A stretch of DNA of 64,000 nt from Gammaproteobacteria bacterium (GCA_004297165.1 SCUJ01000010.1:73666-137665), one strand, 5' to 3'; positions 20,525 through 32,502 are shown, counted from the first letter of the stretch. The notes: generated by a model not told the origin, from the letters alone. Made by a program: numbers and translations.

Positions 20525-21917
20525 CCAAGTCTGGATCGCCGACGACGACAAATCCATCCGTTGGGTGTTGTCGAAGGCATTTACCAAGGAGTCGCTTGAA
20601 GTCTCGTGTTTCGAAAATGGCGATGCCTTGCTGGCCGCGTTGGATAAACAACCGCCTCCCGATGTGATTATCTCCGATATCCGCATGCCGGGCACGGACG
20701 GGATCAGGATACTCAACACTCTAAAGCACAAGGTCCCCTCGATACCCGTCATCATCATGACCGCCTACTCCGATCTGGACCGTGCGGTATCCGCCTTCCA
20801 GAGCGGCGCCTTCGAATACCTGCCCAAACCGTTTGATGTGGATGAAGTCCTGCAACTGGTCAAACGCGCAATCCGGCAGAATATTGCGAACCAGGGCGTC
20901 ATACGGAACGCTGATGAGGCCACAGAGACCAGCATCATTGGTTCGGCGCCCGCGATGCAGGAGGTCTTTCGCGCGATCGGCAGACTTTCACGTTCCAACC
21001 TTACCGTGCTCATCACCGGCGAGTCCGGCACTGGCAAGGAACTGGTGGCAAAGGCCCTGCACCAACACAGTCCCCGAGCCGCCGGACCATTTATCGCCCT
21101 CAATACGGCCGCGATCCCGAGGGAATTACTGGAGTCGGAACTTTTTGGCCATGAGAAGGGATCCTTCACCGGCGCGAATGCCCGGCGCATCGGCCACTTT
21201 GAACAGGCCACCGGCGGCACCCTCTTCCTGGACGAGATAGGCGACATGCCGGCGGACTTGCAGACGCGCCTGTTACGCGTGCTCGCGGAGGGCCAATTTT
21301 ACCGGGTGGGCGGTCATGAACCCGTCAGGGTCGATGTGAGGGTGATTACAGCAACGCATCAGCAGCTTGAACAACGCGTGCAACTAGGCGCCTTCAGGGA
21401 GGATCTCCTGCACCGCTTGAACGTCATCCGCGTGCATGTGCCGCCATTGCGCGACAGACGCACCGACATCCCGGCGCTTACCGAATACTTCATCCAGCGG
21501 GCAGCGCGGGAGATCGGAGGCGAGGCGAAGCGAATATTGCCGGAGACCCAGGCCTATCTGAACTCCCTGCCCTGGCCGGGAAATGTCAGACAACTGGAAA
21601 ACTTCTGTCGCTGGATTACCGTCATGGCGTCCGGCAAGGAGATCCATATCGACGACCTGCCTCCCGAATTGAAGGAGGCCGATGCGTCCATCCGGGAAGG
21701 ACAAGACTGGGAAAGCGAATTTCGCCGCTGGATATCGAGTAATCTCATGCAAGGCAAGGTTCATTTATTGAACGAGGCTGTCCCCAGATTTGAACGGATC
21801 CTGATCGAAGAGTCTCTGCGCAAGACTGGCGGCCGGAAGCAGGAAGCGGCACATCTCCTTGGTTGGGGGAGAAATACCCTGACCCGCAAGATTAAATCGC
21901 TGGGGATGGAGGATTGA
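20511..21917 (+). CDS. glnG: Nitrogen regulation response regulator NtrC
   Basis: REC domain, GESGTGKE, GSFTGA (GAFTGA variant), LGWGRNTLTRK HTH. Confidence 0.96.
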   Translation: MTKHNQVWIADDDKSIRWVLSKAFTKESLEVSCFENGDALLAALDKQPPPDVIISDIRMPGTDGIRILNTLKHKVPSIPVIIMTAYSDLDRAVSAFQSGAFEYLPKPFDVDEVLQLVKRAIRQNIANQGVIRNADEATETSIIGSAPAMQEVFRAIGRLSRSNLTVLITGESGTGKELVAKALHQHSPRAAGPFIALNTAAIPRELLESELFGHEKGSFTGANARRIGHFEQATGGTLFLDEIGDMPADLQTRLLRVLAEGQFYRVGGHEPVRVDVRVITATHQQLEQRVQLGAFREDLLHRLNVIRVHVPPLRDRRTDIPALTEYFIQRAAREIGGEAKRILPETQAYLNSLPWPGNVRQLENFCRWITVMASGKEIHIDDLPPELKEADASIREGQDWESEFRRWISSNLMQGKVHLLNEAVPRFERILIEESLRKTGGRKQEAAHLLGWGRNTLTRKIKSLGMED

Positions 21918-21938
21918 TTCGGGGCAACCCAGTGTGCA

Positions 21939-23057
<1,119 letters not shown>

Positions 23058-23111
23058 TTAAATAGGCTATAATCGCCGCCTTTCGCAACGGCAGCCTGAT
23101 GGGAGATAGAA

Positions 23112-23969
23112 ATGGCAGCAACAATCATTGACGGCAAGGCGATCTCCACCGCGACCCGCGAGAAATTGAAACAGCAGGTCACCGATCTGGGAACCAAGGG
23201 GATCCGTCCGGGACTCGCAGTTATCATTGTCGGCGAGGATCCTGCATCACAGGTCTATGTGAGAAACAAGGTGAAGGCCTGTGTGGATACCGGGATCTAT
23301 TCCGAAAAACATGAGATTCCGGCGACCACGACCGAAGAGGATTTGCTCAAACTGATTCACCGGCTGAACGATAAAAAGGACATCCACGGGATCCTGGTCC
23401 AGTTGCCGCTGCCCAAACACATCAACAGCGACCGGGTCCTGGAAACCATCTCCGAGACCAAGGATGTGGACGGCTTTCACCTTTACAACGTGGGCGCGCT
23501 GGTCACGGGCAACACCATATTCGCGCCTTGCACGCCATTCGGCGTCAAGGTCATGATCGAGCATCTCGGCCTGCCGGTCGAGGGCAAGAGCGCTGTGGTG
23601 GTCGGCCGCAGCAACATCGTGGGCAAACCCATGGCCATCATGCTGCTGGAGATGAATGCCACTGTAAGTATCTGCACTTCCAGGACCAAAGACCTGAAGG
23701 CCTATACCAAGATGGCGGATATCCTTGTCGTGGCGGTCGGCCGTCCGAACCTTATCACGGCCGACATGGTGAAACCGGGCGCCGCCGTATTCGATGTGGG
23801 CATGAACCGCCTCGCCGACGGCAAGCTGGCCGGGGATGTCGATTATGACGGCGTGAAGGAAATCGCAGGTTATATTACACCAGTCCCGGGCGGGGTCGGA
23901 CCGATGACCATCACCATGTTGCTCGCCAACACCGTCATCGCCGCCGAACGGGCGCACAAATTAAAGTAG
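23112..23969 (+). CDS. folD: Methylenetetrahydrofolate dehydrogenase/cyclohydrolase
   Basis: [41 protein letters not shown]. Confidence 0.97.
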   Translation: MAATIIDGKAISTATREKLKQQVTDLGTKGIRPGLAVIIVGEDPASQVYVRNKVKACVDTGIYSEKHEIPATTTEEDLLKLIHRLNDKKDIHGILVQLPLPKHINSDRVLETISETKDVDGFHLYNVGALVTGNTIFAPCTPFGVKVMIEHLGLPVEGKSAVVVGRSNIVGKPMAIMLLEMNATVSICTSRTKDLKAYTKMADILVVAVGRPNLITADMVKPGAAVFDVGMNRLADGKLAGDVDYDGVKEIAGYITPVPGGVGPMTITMLLANTVIAAERAHKLK

Positions 23970-24028
23970 GCCATCCTCACCGGAAGGTCGGCAGTGATTG
24001 TCAGGCATTCAACCCGCGGTATGTATTA

Positions 24029-24171
24029 ACTAGCATTTTAAAAACGTCGCGTGCGACGGCAGAACCAGGCGCGGGCAGGCGAGAAACCGCAGTTTACACG
24101 GCAGTAAATGAGGATTACGGGACCGCGCGCAACGCCGTTATGCCTAGCGCAGCAGTTTTTCAACAACCTGT
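24029..24171. repeat. Degenerate MITE-like dispersed repeat (about 140 bp)
   Basis: Imperfect terminal inverted repeats ACTAGCATTTTAAAAAC / GTTTTTCAACAACCTGT; internal GCAGTTTAC..GTAAATGAG resembles a widespread proteobacterial intergenic repeat (from recall). Confidence 0.5.
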
Positions 24172-25322
24172 CAGGCAATATGCGCCACGTTGCTGCTTAC
24201 ATCAGGTTCATTCAGCACAATAATGCGGCTACGGGCGAGGGAATTGAAGTCCGTTGAAGTCGCGGCGGTGTAGGCCCCCATCATCTCGCCGACGATCAGA
24301 TCGCCCGGGGCCATGATCGGCAAGTCGATATCCTTCTTGACGATGTCAATGCTGTCGCAGGTCGGGCCCGCGAGACAGGATGGATACAGCTTCCCCTGCC
24401 GGAGACTGCGCACGGGATAATCGGCGTGATCGAAGATCTGGCCGCTGTAGACGCCGTAGACGCCGTCATCCATGTAATACCAGTTGCGACCATTCCTTAC
24501 CGCTTTGCCGGTCACCGAGGTGATCGACATGGCCGCGGCGGCCACCAGATACCGGCCGGGTTCCGCGATCACATGGATGCAGTCATCCAGTTTCCGGAGC
24601 GCCGCGTTGATGGGGGCGCAGAAGGCTTCGATGTCGGGGACTGCCTCGCAGTACCTGACCGGGAAGCCGCCGCCGATATCCAGCGTGCTCAATGGATCAT
24701 CGGCCTGCGTCGCATACTCCTCCATAATCGCGCGGCAGCGTTCGATGGCATGCACGTGCATGGCGGAGGTCTTGCTTTGCGAGCCGACATGGAAGGATAG
24801 TCCTTTCACATGCATGCCCAGCTTCCTCGCCAGATGCAGAAGTTCCAGGGCCTCCTCCGGCAGACAACCGAATTTCTGCGAGAGATCGACCACCGCATCG
24901 GGATTGGGGAAGCTGACGCGCAGCAACAGGCCGACCCGATGCCTGAAGGCGTAGAATTTTTTCAATTCCGCGCGGTTATCGACCACGAAAGTGGTGCAGC
25001 CGAAACGCAGGCTTTCGCGAATATCCCGGGCCTTCTTTACCGGATGCGTATGAATCGTCGCGCGGGGATTGATGTAACGGCGTCGTAACAGCTCGATCTC
25101 ACCGCTGCTCGCGATATCGAAACCGGCGCCGCAATGTTCGAGCGTGCGGATGACGGCATCATGGGGCAACGCCTTGACCGCATAATAAAAATCGACCCCC
25201 GGCAGGGCCTGCTTCAACGATTGATACTGCGACTCGATCGTCTTGCAGTCGAGCAGAAACAGGGGTGTGCCGTATTGCCCGGTGAGCGCGCGGATGGCGG
25301 CATCGTCCAGTAAGGCGCTCAT
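24171..25322 (-). CDS. Fold-type III PLP decarboxylase, probably ornithine decarboxylase
   Basis: YYAVKA, FDIASSGE, SFHVGSQ, DIGGG, EPGRY, GPTCDSID, GAYT; last gene of speD-speE operon. Confidence 0.85.
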   Translation of the reverse strand: MSALLDDAAIRALTGQYGTPLFLLDCKTIESQYQSLKQALPGVDFYYAVKALPHDAVIRTLEHCGAGFDIASSGEIELLRRRYINPRATIHTHPVKKARDIRESLRFGCTTFVVDNRAELKKFYAFRHRVGLLLRVSFPNPDAVVDLSQKFGCLPEEALELLHLARKLGMHVKGLSFHVGSQSKTSAMHVHAIERCRAIMEEYATQADDPLSTLDIGGGFPVRYCEAVPDIEAFCAPINAALRKLDDCIHVIAEPGRYLVAAAAMSITSVTGKAVRNGRNWYYMDDGVYGVYSGQIFDHADYPVRSLRQGKLYPSCLAGPTCDSIDIVKKDIDLPIMAPGDLIVGEMMGAYTAATSTDFNSLARSRIIVLNEPDVSSNVAHIA

Positions 25323-26182
25323 TACTCCACGCTCTTGCCGATGGCGTCCAGGAGATATCTGGGCAAGGCAAAGGAGGCCCGGTGAATATCGGGCGTGTAA
25401 TACCGGGTGGTTATGCCTGATGCCCTGAAATTCTCGCGGACCCGTTCCAGGGGGATGTGGCGCAGTTGTGTGTCATCCGACGCCCAGGCAAAACTCATCA
25501 CGCCGCCGACATACGTCGGCACCGCGGCAGTATAGAAATGCCAGTCCGCGAAGAGCTGCGAGAGTTGTTTCGCCGTTCCCTTGACCTCATCCATCTGCAT
25601 AAAGGGCACGCCGTTTTGGGTGACCAATATGCCTCCGGGATTCAGGCAGCGCCGGCAATTCCCGTAGAAGCTGTTGGTAAACAGCACCTCACCCGGTCCT
25701 ATGGGATCGGTGGAATCGGAGATGATAAGGTCGAACTTCTCGCTGGTCCCGGTTATGAAATCGATCCCGTCGGCAATCACGATATTGGCGCGCGGGTCGT
25801 CATAGGCGCCGTCGCTGTGGGCCGGCAGGTATTTCTTGGCCATGTCGATGACCGCCTGATCGATCTCCACCTGGGTGATGCGCTCCACATCACGATGCTT
25901 GCAGACCTCCCTGAGGATGCCGCCATCGCCGCCGCCGATGATCAGGACGCGACGGGCCTTGCCGTGCGCGAGCAAGGGGACATGCGTGAGCATTTCATGA
26001 TAGATAAACTCGTCTTTCTGCGTGGTCTGGACGACGCCATCGAGCGCCATGACCCGCCCGAAGATGGAGTTATGGAAGATCAGCAGGTGCTGATGACCCG
26101 TGCCTGACTCGAAGTAGATCTTGTCGATGTTGTATTGCTGTCCCCAGGCATCGTACAGCGTTTCAGCCCATGTCTTAGTCAT
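25322..26182 (-). CDS. speE: Spermidine synthase (polyamine aminopropyltransferase)
   Basis: LDGVVQTT..DEFIYHEML.H, IIGGGDGG, DSTDPIGP. Confidence 0.95.
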   Translation of the reverse strand: MTKTWAETLYDAWGQQYNIDKIYFESGTGHQHLLIFHNSIFGRVMALDGVVQTTQKDEFIYHEMLTHVPLLAHGKARRVLIIGGGDGGILREVCKHRDVERITQVEIDQAVIDMAKKYLPAHSDGAYDDPRANIVIADGIDFITGTSEKFDLIISDSTDPIGPGEVLFTNSFYGNCRRCLNPGGILVTQNGVPFMQMDEVKGTAKQLSQLFADWHFYTAAVPTYVGGVMSFAWASDDTQLRHIPLERVRENFRASGITTRYYTPDIHRASFALPRYLLDAIGKSVE

Positions 26183-26666
26183 TTATAACCATGCCCCTCA
26201 GATGCTCGGTTACATTCAACTGGGCTGGTTTGAAGGCCTGTTTGAGGATCGGGATTGTCTTCTCAGGTTCCGCGTTTCCGCACATGAACACATCGAAGGC
26301 CGCATAGTCGCGTTCGGGCCAGGTATGCACGCTTATATGGGACTCCGCGAGTACGACGACGCCGGAGATGCCGCCATTAGGCGTGAAATGATGCAGATGG
26401 ATATGCAATAGCGTAGCCCCGGCAACCTCGACGGCCTCCCGGAGTGTGGCTTCCATCAGTCCGAGGTCATCCAGGTTACTGGCGCCCCATAGATCAAGTA
26501 TCAGATGAGTACCGGCAAACTCCAGATTTTCGCGCCTGACGAAATGATCCGGTTTTTCGGGTTCGTTATTGCGGGCCTGATTATGGACAGGCCATGGCTG
26601 AGATGAATTGTGTTCGTGCTGTGCCGGGGCAACGGCAAGGTTTGAATGTATAGAATAAACACCCAT
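26175..26666 (-). CDS. speD: S-adenosylmethionine decarboxylase proenzyme (short type)
   Basis: GTHLILDL, LAE/SHISVHTWPE self-cleavage motif, DVFMCG. Confidence 0.95.
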   Translation of the reverse strand: MGVYSIHSNLAVAPAQHEHNSSQPWPVHNQARNNEPEKPDHFVRRENLEFAGTHLILDLWGASNLDDLGLMEATLREAVEVAGATLLHIHLHHFTPNGGISGVVVLAESHISVHTWPERDYAAFDVFMCGNAEPEKTIPILKQAFKPAQLNVTEHLRGMVIND

Positions 26667-26796
26667 TAAAGTCTCCTCACAGTCAAGTTGTCAGGCAGAG
26701 AAAAGCAATCAATTGTTGCTTGCGCGCCATTCTTGCTGTGAACGACGCCTGGGCTAGGTAAACATAAAACCTCTATTAGTCGCAAAAGGAGTGCAA

Positions 26797-26824
26797 ATTC
26801 TAGTTCCGTTTTCCAGAAATTCAA
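26797..26824 (-). promoter_or_regulatory. Candidate sigma70 promoter of the speD operon
   Basis: Minus strand TTGAAT-16 bp-TAGAAT. Confidence 0.45.
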
Positions 26825-26905
26825 GTAAAAAATCAATAGACACGCCAAGCTCGTGAATCTTTCTGGAAAAATATCCGCGTTGCATAACGTATTCTGTGTC
26901 CCGAA

Positions 26906-27646
26906 TCACTTCCCTTTGACCTGTTTCGACCAATGGTCAGGCGCCGGCAGAGACTTTACCGCGCCTTCTATCCATTCCTCCGCAAGCCTGGTCAATTCGG
27001 CGGCGTTGCGGCCGTGCGACTCAATGATAGGACCGATCACCATTGTGATGGTCCCCGGCCATTTCCTGATGCTGTTTTTCGGCCAGAAATAGCCGGCATT
27101 GTGCGCCACGGGCACAATGGGATAGCCGGACTTTTCCGCCAACATGCCGCCGCCGGGCAGATATTTTCCCTTTTTTCCGGGTTCCACCCGGGTGCCTTCA
27201 GGAAAAACCACGACCCACAAACCCTGGCGCAGCCTTGCGGCGCCCTGGCGCACGATCTCCCGCATCGCCTTCAAGGTGGAGGATCGATCGATCGCGATCG
27301 GTTGCATCCCGGCCAGGGCCCAGCCATAGATCGGGATGAACAGCAGTTCGCGTTTGAGCACCCACACCTGCGGCGGGAATATCAGTTGCAGGGCCAGGGT
27401 TTCCCAGGCCGATTGATGTTTGCACATGATAATGCCCGCGCCCGCGGGGATGTGTTCCCTGCCGCTCACCTTGAAATCGATCCCGCAAACATGCCTCAGG
27501 GTCCAGAGATTAAAGACCGCCCACCGGGAGATTACCCGGAATCGCAACGGCAGTGGAAACGGATAAAGCAGGAGAGTGATCGGCAGAAATACAATCGTAG
27601 CCAGCGACAGGCCCGTATAAAAGATCATCGCGCGGAACAATTGCAT
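26906..27646 (-). CDS. plsC: 1-acyl-sn-glycerol-3-phosphate acyltransferase
   Basis: KHQSAWE, FPEGTR, VPVA. Confidence 0.9.
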   Translation of the reverse strand: MQLFRAMIFYTGLSLATIVFLPITLLLYPFPLPLRFRVISRWAVFNLWTLRHVCGIDFKVSGREHIPAGAGIIMCKHQSAWETLALQLIFPPQVWVLKRELLFIPIYGWALAGMQPIAIDRSSTLKAMREIVRQGAARLRQGLWVVVFPEGTRVEPGKKGKYLPGGGMLAEKSGYPIVPVAHNAGYFWPKNSIRKWPGTITMVIGPIIESHGRNAAELTRLAEEWIEGAVKSLPAPDHWSKQVKGK

Positions 27647-28195
27647 CTAGACCGCGCCCCGTTCCAACAGGACCTCCACCATAGCCGCGAGGTCCGGATA
27701 TTCGGGCACGCCCTGTAGATCGCAGCAACCGGCGGAGGGGTCCGGCGACAGCCCGGTCTTGACCAATACGGTCTGTGTGATCCCGGCCCTGCGGGCGGCC
27801 TCGATATCACTGGCCTTGTCGCCCACTGCAATCACCGTATCGGTTGGTGCTTCAAAGCGCTGCATGGCCTCAAGGAACAATCCTGGCTCCGGTTTCCGGC
27901 ACCGGCAACCATCAACCGGTCCATGCGGGCAGTAGAGTATAGCGTCCACGTGTCCGCCATTAGCACGCAACTCATCGCACAGCTTGGCATGAATCGCATC
28001 GAGGTCCTGCCGGGAAAACTTTCCGCGGGCAAGACCCGATTGGTTTGAAATGACCACCACACGATATCCAGCCTTATTCAACCGTGCTATTGCCCCCAGC
28101 GAACCGGGCAATGCCTGCCATTCCGCCGCGTTCTTGATGTAATCGGCAGAATCCCGATTTATGACGCCGTCACGGTCAAGGATGATCAGTTGCAT
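27647..28195 (-). CDS. gmhB: D-glycero-D-manno-heptose 1,7-bisphosphate phosphatase
   Basis: DRDGVIN, SNQSG, CPH..DGCRCRKP, GDK..D. Confidence 0.9.
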   Translation of the reverse strand: MQLIILDRDGVINRDSADYIKNAAEWQALPGSLGAIARLNKAGYRVVVISNQSGLARGKFSRQDLDAIHAKLCDELRANGGHVDAILYCPHGPVDGCRCRKPEPGLFLEAMQRFEAPTDTVIAVGDKASDIEAARRAGITQTVLVKTGLSPDPSAGCCDLQGVPEYPDLAAMVEVLLERGAV

Positions 28196-28210
28196 CAGAG
28201 GCCGTGCGGA

Positions 28211-30304
28211 TCAACCCTGTAATCGCGAGATATCGGCAACCGACTGGAACAGCTCGCCAAGTCTGATCAGTATTGCCAGCCTGTTTGCGCGCACGGAAGG
28301 ATCGTCGCTCATCACCAGGACCTGATCGAAAAACGCATCCACGCCCTCGCGTATGCCGGCCAGGCGGGACAGTGCGGAGCCATATTCCCTCGCGACAAGC
28401 AGCGGTTCCACCGCCGTCAGCGCCGCTTCCAGTTCGCCGACCAACGCTTTTTCCGCGTTGTCCGTCAGCAACCTCGTGTCGATCGCCGGAGGCAACACCC
28501 CGGTCGATTGTTTCAGGATATTTCGGATCCGTTTGTTGGCGGCCGTGAGACTGGCGGCAGCCGGTAGGGCGCGGAAATCGGCGACCGCCATGATCCGCAA
28601 ATTGAAATCATGGGGGCTCGCCGGCTGGTTCGCCAGCACCGCCTCGAAGGCATCGACGGTTATCCCGCTATCCAGATAGTAACGCCGCAGGCGTTCCATC
28701 ATGAATGCGAACACCTCATCCATGACCTTGCGGTCCCGGATCACGGCGCCGTAACCGGCAGCGGCAGCGTCGAGGCTTGCCCTCAGATCGAGGTCCAGCC
28801 GGCCTTCGATCAGTATGCGCAGACAGCCGAGCGCGGCGCGGCGCAGCCCGAAGGGATCCCGATCGCCACTCGGGGCTTGACCGATCGCGAAGATCCCCGT
28901 CAGGGTATCCAGCTTTTCCGCGATGGCGAGGATCCTGCCCGTTGGCGTTAGCGGCAGCGCGCCGCCGGCCTGCTTCGGCAGATACTGCTCCTTCAACGCG
29001 ATCGCGACCTCCCTGGGTTCGCTGTCATGGAGGGCATAGTGATAACCCATGATCCCCTGCAGCTCCGGAAATTCCCCGACCATATCCGTCAGGAGATCGC
29101 ATTTGCAGAGCTGCGCCGACCGTAGCGCCGGTTCGACATCCCCGCCCAATTCCCTGGCGACGTACCCGGCCAGCGCCGCGATCCGTTCCGTCTTGTCCGC
29201 CAGCGTTCCGAGCGACTGCTGATAAACCACCTGCGCGAGCATCGGCCGCCGGCTGGCGAGGCTTTGCGCCGTATCCCGCCGCCAGAAGAAGTCGGCATCG
29301 GTCAGACGCGGCCGGATGACCCGCTCGTTGCCTTTGCGGATGGCGGCGGGTTCCGGGCTTTCGATATTGGCGATCGTGACGAATGCCGCGAGCAGTCCGG
29401 AATCCTCGGTTGGCGATTCCGCCTGTCGTACGATGGGAAAATATTTCTGGTGCATCTGCATGGTCGCGATCAGCACCTCCGGCGGCAGCTCCAGGAATTT
29501 TTCATCGAAGGTCCCGGTGATGGGCGTTGGCCATTCCACCAAGGCCGTGATCTCGTCCAGAAGATCCGGATTGATGAGCGCGCTCCCTCCGGTTTTCTTT
29601 GCCTCGGCCTCCGCGGATTCCAGGATGATCGACCGCCGCTCGTTGAAGTCCGCGATTACGTGACCGTGTTCGCGCAGACTGGCGGCATACCCCTTCGGTT
29701 CATGGATCTCGATCGGTCCGGGATGATGGAAACGATGTCCGCGGCTGTGTCTCCCGGCTGGTATGCCCAACACCTCGCAGGGGACAATTTCCGCGCCATA
29801 CAGCACCACGGCCCAATGGACGGGGCGGACGAACTCAGCCGTGCCAGTGCCCCAGCGCATGCGCTTGCCGATGGGCAGGCCATTCAGAGCGGATTCAATG
29901 ATGCCCGGCAGGAGTTCCCTCAATGCGCGTCCTGGTTGCTGTGCGCGGTAGATCAGCCAGGCGCCCTTGCCGCTTTCCAGGCGCTCGAGTTGCGCCACCT
30001 CCACGCCACAGGAACGGGCGAAACCCGTGGCCGCGGATGTCGGATTTCCTGCCTTATCGAAGGCAGCGGCAAGCGCCGGGCCCCGCCGCTCGAGGTTCTG
30101 GTCAGGCTGGCGCGAGGCGATATCTCTGACAATCGCCGCAAGGCGCCGCGGGGTCGCCAGCCATTGATGTGTCTTTCTCGTAAATCCCGCCCGATCGATT
30201 CCCGCGACCAGAAGATCGGCAAAGGCCGCCGCAAGGCCCGGCAGGGCTCGTGGCGGTAATTCCTCGGTGCCGATTTCTATCAGGAGGTCGCGTACTTCAG
30301 ACAT
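28211..30304 (-). CDS. glyS: Glycine--tRNA ligase beta subunit
   Basis: LLIEIGTEELPP, TPRRL, MRWG, GNERVIRPRL.DA, EFPELQG, C-terminal DALR domain. Confidence 0.97.
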   Translation of the reverse strand: MSEVRDLLIEIGTEELPPRALPGLAAAFADLLVAGIDRAGFTRKTHQWLATPRRLAAIVRDIASRQPDQNLERRGPALAAAFDKAGNPTSAATGFARSCGVEVAQLERLESGKGAWLIYRAQQPGRALRELLPGIIESALNGLPIGKRMRWGTGTAEFVRPVHWAVVLYGAEIVPCEVLGIPAGRHSRGHRFHHPGPIEIHEPKGYAASLREHGHVIADFNERRSIILESAEAEAKKTGGSALINPDLLDEITALVEWPTPITGTFDEKFLELPPEVLIATMQMHQKYFPIVRQAESPTEDSGLLAAFVTIANIESPEPAAIRKGNERVIRPRLTDADFFWRRDTAQSLASRRPMLAQVVYQQSLGTLADKTERIAALAGYVARELGGDVEPALRSAQLCKCDLLTDMVGEFPELQGIMGYHYALHDSEPREVAIALKEQYLPKQAGGALPLTPTGRILAIAEKLDTLTGIFAIGQAPSGDRDPFGLRRAALGCLRILIEGRLDLDLRASLDAAAAGYGAVIRDRKVMDEVFAFMMERLRRYYLDSGITVDAFEAVLANQPASPHDFNLRIMAVADFRALPAAASLTAANKRIRNILKQSTGVLPPAIDTRLLTDNAEKALVGELEAALTAVEPLLVAREYGSALSRLAGIREGVDAFFDQVLVMSDDPSVRANRLAILIRLGELFQSVADISRLQG

Positions 30305-30327
30305 GGGATCAAACTTTCGGGATGGGC

Positions 30328-31224
30328 TCAAGCGACAGGGGCAGCGGGATTCAACAGGGGGAAACCCAGGCTCTCCCGGCTCTGATAATAGGTTTCCGCC
30401 ACGGCCTTGGCCAGACCGCGCACCCTGAGTATGAAGCGCTGACGTTCCGTCACGGATACGGCATGCCGGGCGTCGAGCAGATTGAAGATATGCGAGGCCT
30501 TCAGGACCTGTTCATAGGCTGGCAGGGGCAGATTACCCTCGATCAGGGCGCTGCTCTGCCGTTCACATTGATCGAACCATTGGAACAACATGCCGACATC
30601 CGCCTTTTCGAAGTTATAGGCCGACATCTCCACCTCGTTCTGGTGATAGATATCGCCATAGCGCACGACGCCGGCGGGGGTCGTGGACCACACCAGGTCG
30701 AATACGCTATCGACATTCTGCAGATACATGGCAATGCGTTCGAGACCGTAGGTGATCTCGCCGGAGACCGGCCTGCAATCCAGCCCGCCGACCTGCTGGA
30801 AGTAAGTGAACTGCGTGACCTCCATGCCGTTCAGCCAGACCTCCCAACCCAGACCCCAGGCGCCGAGCGTGGGCGATTCCCAGTTGTCCTCGACGAAGCG
30901 GATGTCATGCACGAGCGGGTCGATCCCCAGCATCCTCAGGGAATCCAGGTAGATTTCCTGGATCTCGTCCGGCGATGGCTTGAGCAGGACCTGATATTGG
31001 TAGTAATGCTGGAGGCGGTTGGGATTGTCGCCATAGCGGCCGTCCGTCGGCCGGCGGGAAGGCTGGACGTAGGCGGCGTTCCAGGGCTCGGGGCCGATCG
31101 AGCGCAGAAAAGTCGCCGGATGAAAGGTGCCCGCGCCGACCTCCATGTCATAGGGTTGCAGGATCACGCACCCGCGATCCGACCAGAACTTTTGCAGACT
31201 GAAGATCAATTGCTGAAAGGTCAT
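30328..31224 (-). CDS. glyQ: Glycine--tRNA ligase alpha subunit
   Basis: [42 protein letters not shown]. Confidence 0.98.
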   Translation of the reverse strand: MTFQQLIFSLQKFWSDRGCVILQPYDMEVGAGTFHPATFLRSIGPEPWNAAYVQPSRRPTDGRYGDNPNRLQHYYQYQVLLKPSPDEIQEIYLDSLRMLGIDPLVHDIRFVEDNWESPTLGAWGLGWEVWLNGMEVTQFTYFQQVGGLDCRPVSGEITYGLERIAMYLQNVDSVFDLVWSTTPAGVVRYGDIYHQNEVEMSAYNFEKADVGMLFQWFDQCERQSSALIEGNLPLPAYEQVLKASHIFNLLDARHAVSVTERQRFILRVRGLAKAVAETYYQSRESLGFPLLNPAAPVA

Positions 31225-31343
31225 GCCGTGGCCGGTCTCATGAAGTGCTAAATGTTGTGTCGCCCAAAAAGGCGGGAAGTATATCGCTTCGGGCGGCCGT
31301 TGGGTATGAATTCGGGATGCCGTTTGGCATCCTGGCAGGCCCA

Positions 31344-32489
31344 TCAACCTTCCTGTTTTTCGCCGTCGGCTACCTTGTCCTGACTCAATTTATCCAGGGT
31401 CCGGGTGAGGAGTTCGAGTTGATAATCCGGCAGTTTGAACAGCCAGCCGGCGGTCTTCAACTGCAACTCTGCGACTTCCTTTTTCACGTCGAGAGTCGAA
31501 TTCTCAGGGACGACGGCATCATCCTCCTTGGCATCTATCGCCTTGTCGCCTTTCGCCGCATCCGCGGTCTTGGCAGCCTGTGCTGCTTCCGCCGACGCAG
31601 GGTCGTATTCGAAATTGAAACTGACCCAGGTGGTATCCTTGATCGCGCCGCTCTCGACCCGAACAATGAGACCATCCACGGTCCCAATCGTCGTGACGGT
31701 GTGTGGCGCGGGCAGCGCGGCGGCATCCCCTCGCATTACGTTCTCAATGCGGATGTTTTGCAGAACATCCTTCATGCGATTCAGCACGGTCGGCGCCTTT
31801 GGCTCCTTGTCCGCCGGCAGGTTCGCCAGAATCATGTCGCCATTGTCGGCGGCGTTCAGTTCCACCTTGCCGCCGTCCGGATGTTCGATACGGACCTCGC
31901 CCACACGGGCCGGATCGATATTCAGCAATTCCGCAACGAGCCAGGAGGCTACATCGGCCGGGGCATCGAGCGGTCCGGTTACCAGCAGGGCCTGATTCTT
32001 GCCGGCGAGCCGCACATAGCGTCCCGGGTTGCCACCCGCGGCGCCGCTCAATTGCCGTTTGCCCACGATGAGCGAAACCTGCTGACCGCCTTTGGCATCC
32101 TTAATCTCAACGACCGTCGACTCGGTCTGATCGGCGTTCGGGTCCTGCACGCCGAGCGTGGCATAGCGCTCGGGATTGCTGGTTTTTTCCTCGATTACCT
32201 TGAGGTCCGCCACTTCCAGTAGAAGTTTGCGGATCTTCGCGAGATCGGCCGGATAATTATCCGCCTCGGCAATCAGCCATTGATCGGCGTTCCGGGCGAT
32301 CGTGAGCGTGCGCCCGCCGGATCGCAATGCTATCGTGCCCGCTTCATTTACCGCATACCTGAAAGCGGGGAAGAGCGTCGCCCTCTCCAGCTCGGGCACG
32401 GCCTCCTGGCGCTGACTGCTGAAGATCGCCGCGATCAGGACCAGGACCGCGACGCCCGTCAAAAACAACAATTTCCCCGACCGTTTCAT
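31344..32489 (-). CDS. DUF4340-family membrane-anchored periplasmic protein
   Basis: Single N-terminal TM, YPAD..K...LL, Y..LGV.DP, IVGK..RYVR; follows GldG-like gene. Confidence 0.75.
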   Translation of the reverse strand: MKRSGKLLFLTGVAVLVLIAAIFSSQRQEAVPELERATLFPAFRYAVNEAGTIALRSGGRTLTIARNADQWLIAEADNYPADLAKIRKLLLEVADLKVIEEKTSNPERYATLGVQDPNADQTESTVVEIKDAKGGQQVSLIVGKRQLSGAAGGNPGRYVRLAGKNQALLVTGPLDAPADVASWLVAELLNIDPARVGEVRIEHPDGGKVELNAADNGDMILANLPADKEPKAPTVLNRMKDVLQNIRIENVMRGDAAALPAPHTVTTIGTVDGLIVRVESGAIKDTTWVSFNFEYDPASAEAAQAAKTADAAKGDKAIDAKEDDAVVPENSTLDVKKEVAELQLKTAGWLFKLPDYQLELLTRTLDKLSQDKVADGEKQEG

Positions 32490-32502
32490 CGTCGCGCGAC
32501 TC

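Noticed and set aside
26833-26849. sigma54 promoter for speD (minus strand TTGGCGTGTCTATTGAT)
   Set aside because: The -12 dinucleotide is GA, not GC
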